Positions 38,184-47,830 of a stretch of DNA of 64,000 bases are shown here, one piece after another. The DNA is from Bacteroidales bacterium. Its GTDB lineage: Bacteria > Bacteroidota > Bacteroidia > Bacteroidales > UBA932. Below the pieces are notes generated by a model. That model saw only the letters and a list, made by a program, of their open reading frames with translations. It was not told the origin of the DNA and did no database searches. The stretch is taken from contig JAFRPW010000027.1 of assembly GCA_017428945.1 (NCBI GenBank), forward strand, positions 7,202 through 71,201, in the 5' to 3' direction. Each line of letters starts with the position of its first letter. Position 1 is the stretch's first letter. The position numbers were made by a program, and so were the translations under genes.

Positions 38184-40796
38184 ATGACATCGAAAGAAAT
38201 AAGGCAGAAGTTTCTGGACTTCTTCGCTTCAAAGGGACACACCGTTGTTCCCTCCGCCCCCATGGTCATAAAGAACGACCCCACCCTCATGTTCACCAAC
38301 GCTGGCATGAACCAGTTCAAGGATATATTCCTGGGCAACGCCGCCCCCAAATTCCCGCGTGCGGCAGACTCCCAGAAGTGCCTCCGCGTGAGCGGCAAGC
38401 ACAACGACCTTGAGGCAGTGGGCCATGACGGACGCCACCACACCATGTTCGAGATGCTTGGCAACTGGAGCTTCGGAGACTACTTCAAGACAGAGGCCAT
38501 AGACTGGGCATGGGAACTCCTCACGGAGGTTTACAAGATAGACAAGACAAAGCTTTACGCAACCGTATTCGAGGGCTCCGAGGAAGACGGCACCGCCCTT
38601 GACACGGAGGCCCAGGCCGCATGGCTGAGGCATCTCCCCTCAGACCACGTTCTCACCGGAAACAAGCACGACAACTTCTGGGAAATGGGCGACACCGGCC
38701 CCTGCGGCCCCTGCAGCGAGATTCACATCGACCTCCGTCCCGACGAGGAAATTGCGAAGATTCCCGGCCGCGAGCTCGTGAATACGGACAACGACGACGT
38801 CATAGAGATATGGAACCTGGTGTTCATGCAGTATGAGCGCAAGGCCGACGGTCACCTGGAATCCCTCCCGGCAAAGAACATCGACACCGGCATGGGCTTC
38901 GAGCGCCTCTGCATGATTCTCCAGAACAAGAAGAGCAACTACGAGACCGACGTCTTCAGCGGCCTCATCGGCAAGGTAGAGGAATTCTCCGGCCACAAGT
39001 ACGCAGAGGGCGGCAACGTAGAGGTTGCCATGCGCGTGATCGCAGACCACATCCGCGCCATCGCCTTCTCCATCGCCGACGGCCAGCTGCCTTCCAACGT
39101 GAAGGCCGGCTACGTCATCCGCCGAATCCTCCGCCGCGCCGTCCGTTACGGCTACACCTTCCTTGGATTCACGGAGCCTTTCCTCTGCCGCCTCATCCCC
39201 CAGCTGGTTGCCGATATGGGAGAAGCCTACCCGGAACTCCCCGCCCAGGAAAAACTCATCGTCAGCGTAATCCGCGAAGAGGAAAACGCCTTCCTGCGCA
39301 CCCTGGACCGCGGTATCCGCATGCTTGAGGACAACATGGCCCGCAACGCCGCCACCAAGGTGGTCTCAGGAGTGGACGCCTTCGTCCTTTACGACACCTA
39401 CGGCTTCCCCATCGACCTCACCGAACTCATCGCCGCGGAAAAGGGCTACACCGTAGACCTTGAAAGCTTCAATGTAGAGCTCGGCAAGCAGAAGGAGCGC
39501 GCCCGCAACGCTACCGCCAACGAGTTCGGAGACTGGACCGTCTTCTCCGATGACACCGACGTCGAATTCCTCGGCTACGATGTTCTCTCCGTAGAAGGCG
39601 CACGCCTCCTCAAGCAGCGTACCGTGAAGCAGAAGAACAAGGAGCTCTTCCAGCTGGTCTTTGACCGCACCCCCTTCTACGCAGAGATGGGCGGTCAGGT
39701 AGGCGACACCGGCTACATCCAGGGCGCCGACGGCGAAAAGATAGCCATCCTCAACACCGTCAAGGAGAACAACCTTACCATACATCTGGCAGAGCGCCTT
39801 CCCGAAGAGGGCGGCATCTTCACCCTTGTAGTGGACCAGGAGCGCCGCCAGCGCATCATGAACAACCATACCGCTACCCACCTTCTCCACCAGGCCCTCC
39901 GGGAAACCCTGGGAACACACGTGGAGCAGAAAGGCTCCTTCGTGGGACCGGACTATTTCCGTTTCGACTTCTCCCACTTCCAGAAAGTCACGGACGATGA
40001 GCTCCGCACAGTAGAACGCCGTGTCAACCAGCTCATAAGGGCCGATTACCCTCTCTGCGAAAAGCGTGACGCCCGCCTGGAAGAAGCCCGCGCAATGGGT
40101 GCGATGGCCCTGTTCGGAGAAAAGTACGGCGATGTTGTACGCGTAGTGCGCTTCGGAGACTCCGTAGAGCTCTGCGGCGGCACTCACACCCGCAGCACCG
40201 GCACCATCGGCCTGTTCAAGATCAAGGCGGAAAGCGCTGTGGCTGCCGGCGTACGCCGTATCGAGGCTCTCACCGGCGCAGGCGCGGAGCAGGGCGTCGA
40301 GGTCATGGAAGACCTCCTGAAAGGCCTTAAGAGCCTGTTCAACAACGTCCCGGACCTCACCGGTGCCATAGAGAAGCTGGTTGCAGAGAATGCCGAGGCC
40401 AAGAAACAGCTGGAAGAGGTTGCGAGCGAGAAGGCCGCAGCCCTTGCAGCCCGCCTGGAGGCCGCTGCCGTCGAGATGAACGGCATCAAGGTGGTCCGCT
40501 TCGACAGCTCCATTGACCCGGCCATCGCCAGGAACGTGGCACTCATGTTGCAGAAAAAGATGGAGAACTTTGTGCTGGCAGGCGCCTTTGCATACGCAGA
40601 GAAGCCAAACCTGGTGCTCATGTACTCCAACGACCTCGTTGCCAAGGGCAAGAACGCCGGTAAGGACATCCGCGAAGCCGCAAAGCTCATTCAGGGCGGC
40701 GGCGGCGGCCAGCCCGGTCTTGCCACCGCAGGCGGCCGCCTCACCGAAGGACTCCCTGCCGCACTTGACAAACTTGTAGAAATCGCCATAGCTTGA
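38184..40796 (+). CDS. alaS: Alanine--tRNA ligase
   Basis: [28 protein letters not shown], editing motifs HTATHLLH and ELCGGTH, DHHA1 GGGGG end. -7 box TATCTTTG at 38156-38163. Confidence 0.98.
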   Translation: MTSKEIRQKFLDFFASKGHTVVPSAPMVIKNDPTLMFTNAGMNQFKDIFLGNAAPKFPRAADSQKCLRVSGKHNDLEAVGHDGRHHTMFEMLGNWSFGDYFKTEAIDWAWELLTEVYKIDKTKLYATVFEGSEEDGTALDTEAQAAWLRHLPSDHVLTGNKHDNFWEMGDTGPCGPCSEIHIDLRPDEEIAKIPGRELVNTDNDDVIEIWNLVFMQYERKADGHLESLPAKNIDTGMGFERLCMILQNKKSNYETDVFSGLIGKVEEFSGHKYAEGGNVEVAMRVIADHIRAIAFSIADGQLPSNVKAGYVIRRILRRAVRYGYTFLGFTEPFLCRLIPQLVADMGEAYPELPAQEKLIVSVIREEENAFLRTLDRGIRMLEDNMARNAATKVVSGVDAFVLYDTYGFPIDLTELIAAEKGYTVDLESFNVELGKQKERARNATANEFGDWTVFSDDTDVEFLGYDVLSVEGARLLKQRTVKQKNKELFQLVFDRTPFYAEMGGQVGDTGYIQGADGEKIAILNTVKENNLTIHLAERLPEEGGIFTLVVDQERRQRIMNNHTATHLLHQALRETLGTHVEQKGSFVGPDYFRFDFSHFQKVTDDELRTVERRVNQLIRADYPLCEKRDARLEEARAMGAMALFGEKYGDVVRVVRFGDSVELCGGTHTRSTGTIGLFKIKAESAVAAGVRRIEALTGAGAEQGVEVMEDLLKGLKSLFNNVPDLTGAIEKLVAENAEAKKQLEEVASEKAAALAARLEAAAVEMNGIKVVRFDSSIDPAIARNVALMLQKKMENFVLAGAFAYAEKPNLVLMYSNDLVAKGKNAGKDIREAAKLIQGGGGGQPGLATAGGRLTEGLPAALDKLVEIAIA

Positions 40797-43297
40797 AGAA
40801 ATTAGACCAGTTCTTGTTGAAGTCTTTCGTAGGACCGTTCATCGCGATCCTGGCGATTGTTACGTTCATACTGGTCTTGCAGTTTCTTTGGCTGTACATA
40901 GACGAGCTGGTTGGTAAAGGCTTGGAGCTCAAGGTTATACTTGAGTTCCTCATGTGGGGTAGCTGCCAGACCCTGCCGCTGGCCATACCGCTGGCAACGC
41001 TGCTCAGCTCCATGATGACGCTGGGGCAGATGGGAGAGCAGTTCGAGCTCACCGCCATCAAGGCATCGGGCATTTCCCTCACGAGGGTGCTCTTCCCCAT
41101 GGTCATAGTGGCCATCCTCATTTCCATCGGCGCCTTCTACATCACGGACCGCCTGGTTCCCTATTCCATCAACCAAATCTACACCATGAGGGACGATATC
41201 GGCCGCACAAAGTCGGAGATAAAAATCCCCACCGGAACCTTCTACGACGGCATCGAGGGCTACATCCTCCGCGTCGAGGACAGGGACAAGAGCACCGGCA
41301 TGATGTACAAGATACAGGTTTACGACCACACCGTGGGCAAAGGCAACACCCGGATAACGGTAGCGGACAGCGGCGTCATAAAGATGTCCAAGAGCAAGGA
41401 CTACCTCACTTTCCAGCTCTACGACGGCACCAACTACCAGGAGGACAACAAACGGAAGTACAGGGACACCACCCTGGCGCTCCAGAGGGTACATTTCCGC
41501 AGCCAGGAACTGGTGATTCCGCTGGAGAACTACGCTTTCCACCACTCCGACAGCGCCCGGTACGGTGAACAGGTCCGCTCCATGAGCCTCAAGGATCTCC
41601 GGCACGGGCACGATTCCCTGTCCAATCTGGTGGCAGAGGGTGCAGACAAGCATCTGAAGGAGTTCTCCAACCAGAACAGCCTCACCTACCGCGCCCAGCT
41701 GGACACATCATGGCGGGAGAAGGCATCGACAACCCTGCCGCTCCCCGGAGAGAGGAAGTGGACATCCCTGAAGGATAAGCTCAGGGGCTACGAGAACGCC
41801 GCCACCGCCGCCCGCCAGTTCGAGAACCTCCTCCACAGCCAGGGCATGGAAGGCTACAATTACACCAACCTGATTCGCCGCACGGACGTGGAGATTTGGA
41901 AGAAGTACGCCACGGCGCTCGCCTGCCTGCTGCTGTTCTTCATCGGCGCACCGGTTGGAGCCATCCTCAAAAAAGGCGGTCTGGGTACTCCTGCCATTAT
42001 CTCACTGCTGTTCTTCGTGCTGTACTGGGTGGTGGACATCACCGGCGAGCGCCTTGGAAACAACGGCACCGTGACGCCATTCGTGGGCAAATTCATATCG
42101 GCCTTCGTGCTGGCGCCGATAGGAGGGCTGCTTACTGTCAAGGCGGTGCAGGACAAGAGCATCTTCAACGTTGACGGCCTCAAGATATGGATAAGGAAAG
42201 CCAAGAGTAAACTCATTCGCATGTTCAGGAAAACAAGAATAGTGTACATGGGCACTCCGGAGTTCTCCGTAGGCCCTCTGGACGGTCTTCTGAAGGCCGG
42301 ATACAAAGTAATCGGAGTAGTTACCGCCCCGGACAAACCTTCCGGACGCGGTCTCAAGGTCAGTGAATCGGCGGTGAAGAAATACGCCGTGGAGAAAGGC
42401 ATTCCGGTTCTGCAGCCGGAAAAACTCAAGGATCCGGAATTCCTCATGGCCCTGAGCAACTGGAAGGCCGATCTGTTTGTAGTGGTAGGCTTCAGGATGC
42501 TGCCGGAAGCGGTCTGGAAAATGCCCAAGCTGGGCACATTCAACCTCCACGCCGCCCTGCTTCCGCAGTATCGCGGCGCCGCCCCCATCAACTGGGCCGT
42601 CATAAACGGAGAGAACATCACCGGTGTAACCACCTTCATGATAGACAGCAGGATAGACACCGGCGGCATCATACTCCGTTCAGAATGCCGCGTGGAGCCC
42701 ACGGACACCGCCGGAACCCTTCACGACAAGCTCATGGCAATAGGTACCGACCTGGTTGTCGAGACTGTCGAGGGCATAATCCAGCACAATATTGAGCTCC
42801 GCGTCCAGCGCAGTTTCATCCAGGGTGACGAGCTCCTCAAGCCCGCACCCAAGCTCACCCGGGAACTCCAGCACATAGACTGGAATGCCCCCACCCGCAC
42901 CGTTTACAACCTTGTCCGCGGCCTTTCCCCCTTCCCCTGCGCTTTTACTGAGTTGGTACCTGGAGGAGAGGCTGCGCCCTCCGTCATTCCCGGCTCCGCT
43001 TCCTCCGTCATTCCCGGCTCCGACCGGGAATCTCCCCTCCAGCTGAAGGTGTACTTCGGAGAGATGCGCTATGACCTCCACGCCGCCCCCGGAACCGTGC
43101 TCAGCGACGGCAAGACATACTTTGCCATAGCCACCCAGGACGGGGCCCTGGCCATCACGGACCTCCAGCTCGCCGGCAAGAAGCGCATGGACGTCAAGTC
43201 CTTCCTCCTTGGCTTCCGTAACCCCACATCGTACACCACCACCCCCGGCACCTCCTCCTCCGAGCTCGCCAAAGCCGCCCCCGTGGAGGACAATTAA
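40793..43297 (+). CDS. fmt: LptF/LptG-family permease fused in frame to methionyl-tRNA formyltransferase
   Basis: Residues 1-~476 are YjgP/YjgQ-like ([44 protein letters not shown]). From codon 477 (ATG 42221): [37 protein letters not shown]. No stop codon between them. Confidence 0.88.
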   Translation: MKKLDQFLLKSFVGPFIAILAIVTFILVLQFLWLYIDELVGKGLELKVILEFLMWGSCQTLPLAIPLATLLSSMMTLGQMGEQFELTAIKASGISLTRVLFPMVIVAILISIGAFYITDRLVPYSINQIYTMRDDIGRTKSEIKIPTGTFYDGIEGYILRVEDRDKSTGMMYKIQVYDHTVGKGNTRITVADSGVIKMSKSKDYLTFQLYDGTNYQEDNKRKYRDTTLALQRVHFRSQELVIPLENYAFHHSDSARYGEQVRSMSLKDLRHGHDSLSNLVAEGADKHLKEFSNQNSLTYRAQLDTSWREKASTTLPLPGERKWTSLKDKLRGYENAATAARQFENLLHSQGMEGYNYTNLIRRTDVEIWKKYATALACLLLFFIGAPVGAILKKGGLGTPAIISLLFFVLYWVVDITGERLGNNGTVTPFVGKFISAFVLAPIGGLLTVKAVQDKSIFNVDGLKIWIRKAKSKLIRMFRKTRIVYMGTPEFSVGPLDGLLKAGYKVIGVVTAPDKPSGRGLKVSESAVKKYAVEKGIPVLQPEKLKDPEFLMALSNWKADLFVVVGFRMLPEAVWKMPKLGTFNLHAALLPQYRGAAPINWAVINGENITGVTTFMIDSRIDTGGIILRSECRVEPTDTAGTLHDKLMAIGTDLVVETVEGIIQHNIELRVQRSFIQGDELLKPAPKLTRELQHIDWNAPTRTVYNLVRGLSPFPCAFTELVPGGEAAPSVIPGSASSVIPGSDRESPLQLKVYFGEMRYDLHAAPGTVLSDGKTYFAIATQDGALAITDLQLAGKKRMDVKSFLLGFRNPTSYTTTPGTSSSELAKAAPVEDN
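42978..43031 (+). repeat. In-frame palindromic insertion in Fmt (24-bp tandem duplication plus ATTCCCGG-N6-CCGGGAAT hairpin)
   Basis: cctccgtcattcccggctccg at 42978 and 43002; 8-bp perfect stem 43010-43017/43024-43031; encodes [18 protein letters not shown]. Confidence 0.7.
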
Positions 43298-43305
43298 CCC
43301 CCCTT

Positions 43306-43515
43306 CCGTAGACAAACCCCGGTTTTCGCCTACTTATCCACCAAAAACGCCAAATCGGTGGACGAACCCGGCAAAACCCCGACTTATCCACCAAAACACC
43401 CCTTTTCCGTGGACAAACCTGGCAAAACGTCAACTTATCCACCAAAACACCCCATTTCCGTGGACAAACCCGGCAAAACCCCAACTTGTCCACCAAAAAC
43501 GCCAAATCGGTGGAC
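43306..43515. repeat. REP family A array, 4 full hairpin units plus a half unit
   Basis: (A/G)TCCAC at 43336, 43386, 43437 and 43488, each closed by GTGGAC; 50-51-bp period. Confidence 0.93.
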
Positions 43516-43545
43516 GGATGGGGGAAAATGATTATCTTTGCTGAT

Positions 43546-44187
43546 ATGAAACGCATTGTCATATTATGTAACGGGGCTTTCCCCACGGAACCGTTTCCGC
43601 TGTTCCTTCTGGACAATGCGGAAGGCGTGGTTTGCTGCGACGGCTCGGTCATCAAGTGGCTGGCGTACAATCCCCAGGCTGCGCCTATGGTGATTGTCGG
43701 GGATATGGACTCTCTGCCTGAGGAACTGAGGGTGCGGTTTTCCGGCATTGTTTACCATGAGACAGAGCAGGACTACAATGACCTCACAAAAGCCATGCGT
43801 TGGGTTCTCCGTGAGCATCCGGAGGTTCAGGAAATAACCATCCTGGGCGCAACTGGCCTTAGGGAAGACCACACCATCGGCAACCTTGGCCTTCTCATGG
43901 AATACACCCGCCTCTTTGACCTTGGGGACCGCAAGGTGACCATGGTGAGCGACTTCGGGACCGCCTTCGCCATAACAGACAGCTGCGACCTCCACCTGGG
44001 TGAAGGCCGCAGAGTATCGCTTTTCAGTGCCGACAATACGTTGAAGATATCCTCAACGGGGCTTCAGTGGCCCACGGACGATGTTGTCTTTGACGCCTGG
44101 TGGAAGGCAACCTTGAACCGGACTACGGAACCAATCGTCATGCTGCGGTTCAATCACCCTTCCGCGGCACTTGTAATTACAGACTGA
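43546..44187 (+). CDS. Thiamine pyrophosphokinase
   Basis: VVCCDG, IVGDMDS, EQDYNDLTKA, GATGLREDHTIGN, GLQWP. Start MKRIVIL follows TATCTTTG (43533-43540). Confidence 0.88.
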   Translation: MKRIVILCNGAFPTEPFPLFLLDNAEGVVCCDGSVIKWLAYNPQAAPMVIVGDMDSLPEELRVRFSGIVYHETEQDYNDLTKAMRWVLREHPEVQEITILGATGLREDHTIGNLGLLMEYTRLFDLGDRKVTMVSDFGTAFAITDSCDLHLGEGRRVSLFSADNTLKISSTGLQWPTDDVVFDAWWKATLNRTTEPIVMLRFNHPSAALVITD

Positions 44188-45037
44188 AATTCCGGCTGGC
44201 AAACGGCAGGGCGGTTCTGAGAGATACGTGCCAGTACTCCCAGTTGTGTACTCCGTCCCTTACACGGAATTCCGCCTTTACTCCTTTCTCACGCATCTTG
44301 GCATAGAAGGCTGTGCTGAGATCGAAGATGAAGTCGTCGTCTCCGCAGTCCACGAACCACTTTACTGTTCGCAGGTTTTCGAGGGTGGCGTCATCGGCCT
44401 TGTCAAGGAAATCTATGGCAGAATGCCGGCTCACTGCGCGCTGGGTGAAGGTGAACTTGGTGGTGGGCTGCTTCTGAGTGCCTGAACTGACCTCATTCAT
44501 CTTATTATCCAGCCACGGGCTCATTGCATAGCAGCTGGAGAACATGTCCGGATGGCGCTGGCAGTACACTATTGAGCCGCCGCCTCCCATGGAAAGACCC
44601 ATTATCGCTCGCGCCTGCTTGCTTCCGCCGCAATTGAATTTTTCCTCTACATTTGGAAGGAATTCAGTGAAGAAATAGTTCTCATACGGCCATTCAGGCA
44701 TGTTGAAGTATCCGTTGGGATAGTTGTGGATGTCCTTGTCTCCGGCATTGGGCATTACAATCACAACTGGCACGAGTTCTCCTGAGCGGATTAGCTCATC
44801 GGCAACCCAGCTTATCCTGCCAAGATTGTCCCAGGCGGTGTAGTCGTCCGAGAGACCATGGAGGAGGTATATCACGGGATAGTGATTGGCGGCATCGTAC
44901 CCTTCGGGCAGATACACGTTGTACTTCTGGTCTGCATCCAGCTTGCTGCTGTGGATGCTCTCCGTAACGATACGGCTCTGCGCCGCGGCAGCAACTGCCG
45001 CCGCCAAAAGCGCCACAATGACGATAATGCGTTTCAT
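44177..45037 (-). CDS. Secreted alpha/beta-hydrolase esterase (CE1/Fes-like)
   Basis: Signal peptide, YPVIYLLHG, nucleophile elbow GLSMGG, DCGDDDF, GVHNWEYW. The true start is MKRIIVI (45037); the longer ORF call is REP read-through. Confidence 0.88.
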   Translation of the reverse strand: MKRIIVIVALLAAAVAAAAQSRIVTESIHSSKLDADQKYNVYLPEGYDAANHYPVIYLLHGLSDDYTAWDNLGRISWVADELIRSGELVPVVIVMPNAGDKDIHNYPNGYFNMPEWPYENYFFTEFLPNVEEKFNCGGSKQARAIMGLSMGGGGSIVYCQRHPDMFSSCYAMSPWLDNKMNEVSSGTQKQPTTKFTFTQRAVSRHSAIDFLDKADDATLENLRTVKWFVDCGDDDFIFDLSTAFYAKMREKGVKAEFRVRDGVHNWEYWHVSLRTALPFASRNFSL

Positions 45038-45104
45038 ATCAGCAAAGATAATCATTTTCCCCCATCCGTCCACAGATTTGGCGTTTTTGGTGGATAAGTT
45101 GGGG
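45026..45104 (-). repeat. 79-bp inverted copy of 43479-43557 (REP hairpin, -7 box and start codons)
   Basis: The reverse complement matches 43479-43557 with 2 mismatches. Confidence 0.92.
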
Positions 45105-45310
45105 GTTGGTGGATACAAAAGCCAAAGTATCAAATCCGGAACCTTCAGAAACGTATAATTTTTTCGCAATGCCCTACAGATATCCAGGAGAGCGTTTTTG
45201 ATAGTGTTTCTGAATTTCAATCGGTGGAAAGACACACAATCGTTTAAAAAGATTATACGAATCTGAAGGTGAGTTTTCCGGAGAGCTTTTAAATTTGGCA
45301 AAAACTGCTT

Positions 45311-46222
45311 ATGGCAACGATACAAGAGGAACTGTTCCAGCGTTCCAAACCATTTTTCCACTATTGTTCCCTGCCATTCGAGGATGCTCTTCTATACGAT
45401 GACGACAAACAGATGGGCGCAGTCCTGAACTTCATTGCTGTGGCGCTGATGCATGTCCCGGGCTGCAGGCTTCTGGCTTTTGCAGTGATGTCAAACCACA
45501 TTCACCTGGTGGTGGAGGGAGAACGTCCTTACTGCGACGTCTTTATAGGAAAGCTTACCGAGTTGCTGGATAATTATTATCGATATAACGGGAAGGCCCG
45601 TCTTAGCGGGCACATCGAATTTGAGGCAATCCACATTGACTCTTTAAGGATGCTTCGGGCAGAGATAATTTACACTATCCGCAACCCGTTCGTCGTAAGG
45701 ACCGATGTGAATGTATTTGCTTGCCCTTCCACCAGCGGATATCTGTACTTCAACCCTATGCTTAAGCGTGAAGGCATACCCGCTTCGAACCTCCGGGGAA
45801 GGGCCCTGAGGGACTTCCTGCATACACGCAACGTGATTGCGCTGACTGACAGGTTCTATGTAAAAGACGGCGCTGCGCAGCCCTGGAGTTTCGTGGATTA
45901 TGAAAGAGCAATGTCGTTCTTCCCCAGCGCCAGGGACTTCGTACTAGGGACCATAAGAAATGTCGAAGGACAGGTAGAGATAGCCAACAGGCACGGAGAA
46001 CCAGTCTCTCTTGCCGACCAGGAAGTTCTTTCACTGGCATATCGTCTGTGCGGAGAACGATATGGTAATGTGAAACTCTCAAACCTTGGCACCACGGAAA
46101 GAATGCAGCTTGGCCTGAAGTTGAAAAACGAGTACCGCGTCTCCAACGGCCAGATTGCCCGTACTTTGGGGCTGTCCCTCAAGGACGTGAACGCCATGTT
46201 CCCCCTTTCCGCCAAGATTTAA
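45311..46222 (+). mobile_element. HUH/Y1 tyrosine transposase, REP-associated (RAYT/TnpA-REP-like), with a C-terminal HTH
   Basis: FAVMSNHIHLVV (HUH), IIYTIRNP (catalytic Tyr, YxxxNP), STSGY, C-terminal VSNGQIARTLGLS helix-turn-helix. Flanked by family A hairpins on both sides; TAAATTTG -7 box at 45290-45297. Confidence 0.82.
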
Positions 46223-46230
46223 GCCAGGCC

Positions 46231-46359
46231 ATCCACCAAAACCCCGCATTTCCGTGGACAAACCCGCCAAAACGCCAACTTGTCCACAAAAAACGCCAAA
46301 TCCGTGGACAAACCCCGAAAAACGGGCACTTGTCCACGGAAAACGTCATTTTGGTGGAT
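46231..46359. repeat. REP family A array, 3 hairpin units, directly downstream of the RAYT-like gene
   Basis: ATCCAC 46231, GTCCAC 46282 and 46332, closed by GTGGAC/GTGGAT at 46254, 46304 and 46354. Confidence 0.92.
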
Positions 46360-46367
46360 GGTAACGG

Positions 46368-47732
46368 CTACTTGTTCAGCTGGTCGGCGCTCTGGATGAA
46401 CTTGGCCAGGTCTTCGTCGGAGACGTGGTAGTTCTGCATCTCGCCGGAGAAGTAGCTGTCGTAGGCGCTCATATCCACGAAGCCGTGGCCGGAGAGGTTG
46501 AAGAGGATGGTTTTCTTCTCGCCTGTTTCTTTGCACTTCAGGGCTTCCTGGATGGTGGCGGCAATGGCATGGCAGCTCTCTGGAGCGGGGATGATGCCCT
46601 CTGTCTGGGCAAACAGCACTCCCGCGGCGAAGGAATCCTTCTGCTCGATGTCCACGGCCTCCATGAAGCCGTCCTTCATGAGCTGGGAAAGGATGACGCC
46701 TGCGCCGTGGTAGCGGAGACCGCCGGCGTGGATGGAGGCGGGCTTGAAGGTATGTCCAAGGGTGAACATGGGGAGAAGCGGTGTCATGCCGGCCTCGTCA
46801 CCAAAGTCGTACTCGAACTTGCCCCTGGTGAGTTTGGGGCAGGAGTACGGCTCGGCTGCGATGAAACGGGTCTTCTTGCCTTCCAGGATATTGTGGCGCA
46901 TGAACGGGAATGCAATTCCGGAGAAGTTGGAGCCGCCTCCGAAGCAGGCAATCACTATGTCCGGGTACTCTCCCGTCAGTTCCATCTGCTTCTCCGCCTC
47001 AAGGCCGATGACCGTCTGGTGCATGCACACGTGGTTCAGGACCGATCCCAGTGCGTATTTGCAGTTGGGGGTGGAGACGGCCAGTTCGATGGCCTCGGAG
47101 ATGGCGCAGCCAAGGGAGCCCTTGTCGTTGGGGTTACGGGTGATGATGTCCTTTCCGGCGCGGGTGGACATTGAAGGGGAAGGAGTGATGGCGGCGCCGA
47201 AAGCCTGCATGATGGAGCGACGGTAGGGCTTCTGCTCATAGCTTATCTTTACCATGTAGACAGCGCAGTCAATGCCGAATTTCTTTGTGGCATAGCTCAG
47301 TGCACCGCCCCACTGGCCGGCACCGGTCTCCGTGGTGAGGTTGGTGATGCCCTGCTCCTTGGCGTAGTATGCCTGGGCTATTGCGGAGTTCAGCTTGTGG
47401 CTGCCGGCGGGGGATACGCTCTCGTTCTTGAAATAGATGTGGGCGGGAGTGCCAAGGGCGGCTTCAAGCTCGTATGCGCGCACAAGTGGTGTGCAGCGGT
47501 ATGCGGCATACTGCTCGCGTACGGGCTCGGGGATGGGAATCCACTGGTCGGTCTGGTTCAGCTCCTGGTCTGCGCAGGCCTTGCAGAAGATGGGGTAGAG
47601 GTCTTCCGGCTTAAGCGGCTGGCGCGTTGCGGGATGAAGGAACGGCAGCGGTTTGTTGGGCATTATGGCCTGGATGTTAAAATAATGGGTGGGGATTTCG
47701 CTCTCCGGGAGCATGTATTTTTTCTGTCTCAT
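46368..47732 (-). CDS. trpB: TrpB2-type tryptophan synthase beta-like PLP enzyme (stand-alone)
   Basis: GSHKLNSAIAQAYY (PLP Lys), TETGAGQWG, GGGSNF, HAGGLRYHG, FNLSGHG. Confidence 0.92.
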   Translation of the reverse strand: MRQKKYMLPESEIPTHYFNIQAIMPNKPLPFLHPATRQPLKPEDLYPIFCKACADQELNQTDQWIPIPEPVREQYAAYRCTPLVRAYELEAALGTPAHIYFKNESVSPAGSHKLNSAIAQAYYAKEQGITNLTTETGAGQWGGALSYATKKFGIDCAVYMVKISYEQKPYRRSIMQAFGAAITPSPSMSTRAGKDIITRNPNDKGSLGCAISEAIELAVSTPNCKYALGSVLNHVCMHQTVIGLEAEKQMELTGEYPDIVIACFGGGSNFSGIAFPFMRHNILEGKKTRFIAAEPYSCPKLTRGKFEYDFGDEAGMTPLLPMFTLGHTFKPASIHAGGLRYHGAGVILSQLMKDGFMEAVDIEQKDSFAAGVLFAQTEGIIPAPESCHAIAATIQEALKCKETGEKKTILFNLSGHGFVDMSAYDSYFSGEMQNYHVSDEDLAKFIQSADQLNK

Positions 47733-47764
47733 GGTTCGTTTGTATTAAGTGTTGATAAATAATC

Positions 47765-47830
47765 AAAAAAAATGGCCTGCTGTAAGTCAGCAGGCCACTA
47801 TAATAATAACTACGGCAAAGCGACTTACAG
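47765..47830 (-). promoter_or_regulatory. Transcription attenuator (terminator/antiterminator) upstream of trpB2
   Basis: 10-bp stem 47773-47782/47788-47797 followed by U8 on the minus strand. An alternative 9-bp pairing (47822-47830 with 47780-47788) overlaps it. Confidence 0.85.

Noticed and set aside
43334-43493. Replication origin suggested by clustered DnaA-box-like motifs
   Set aside because: The motifs are part of a repeat found at five sites, there is no AT-rich unwinding element, and no origin-associated genes are nearby.
43306-43515. CRISPR array interpretation of the ~50-bp periodic hairpin arrays
   Set aside because: Both alternating segments are conserved and reused between arrays, so there are no unique spacers. 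Arrays are short and dispersed, and no cas genes are present.
45311-46222. Classical IS200/IS605 insertion sequence
   Set aside because: The protein is about twice the length of IS200 TnpA, there is no tnpB, and the flanking hairpins are dispersed elsewhere without the gene, which fits RAYT better.
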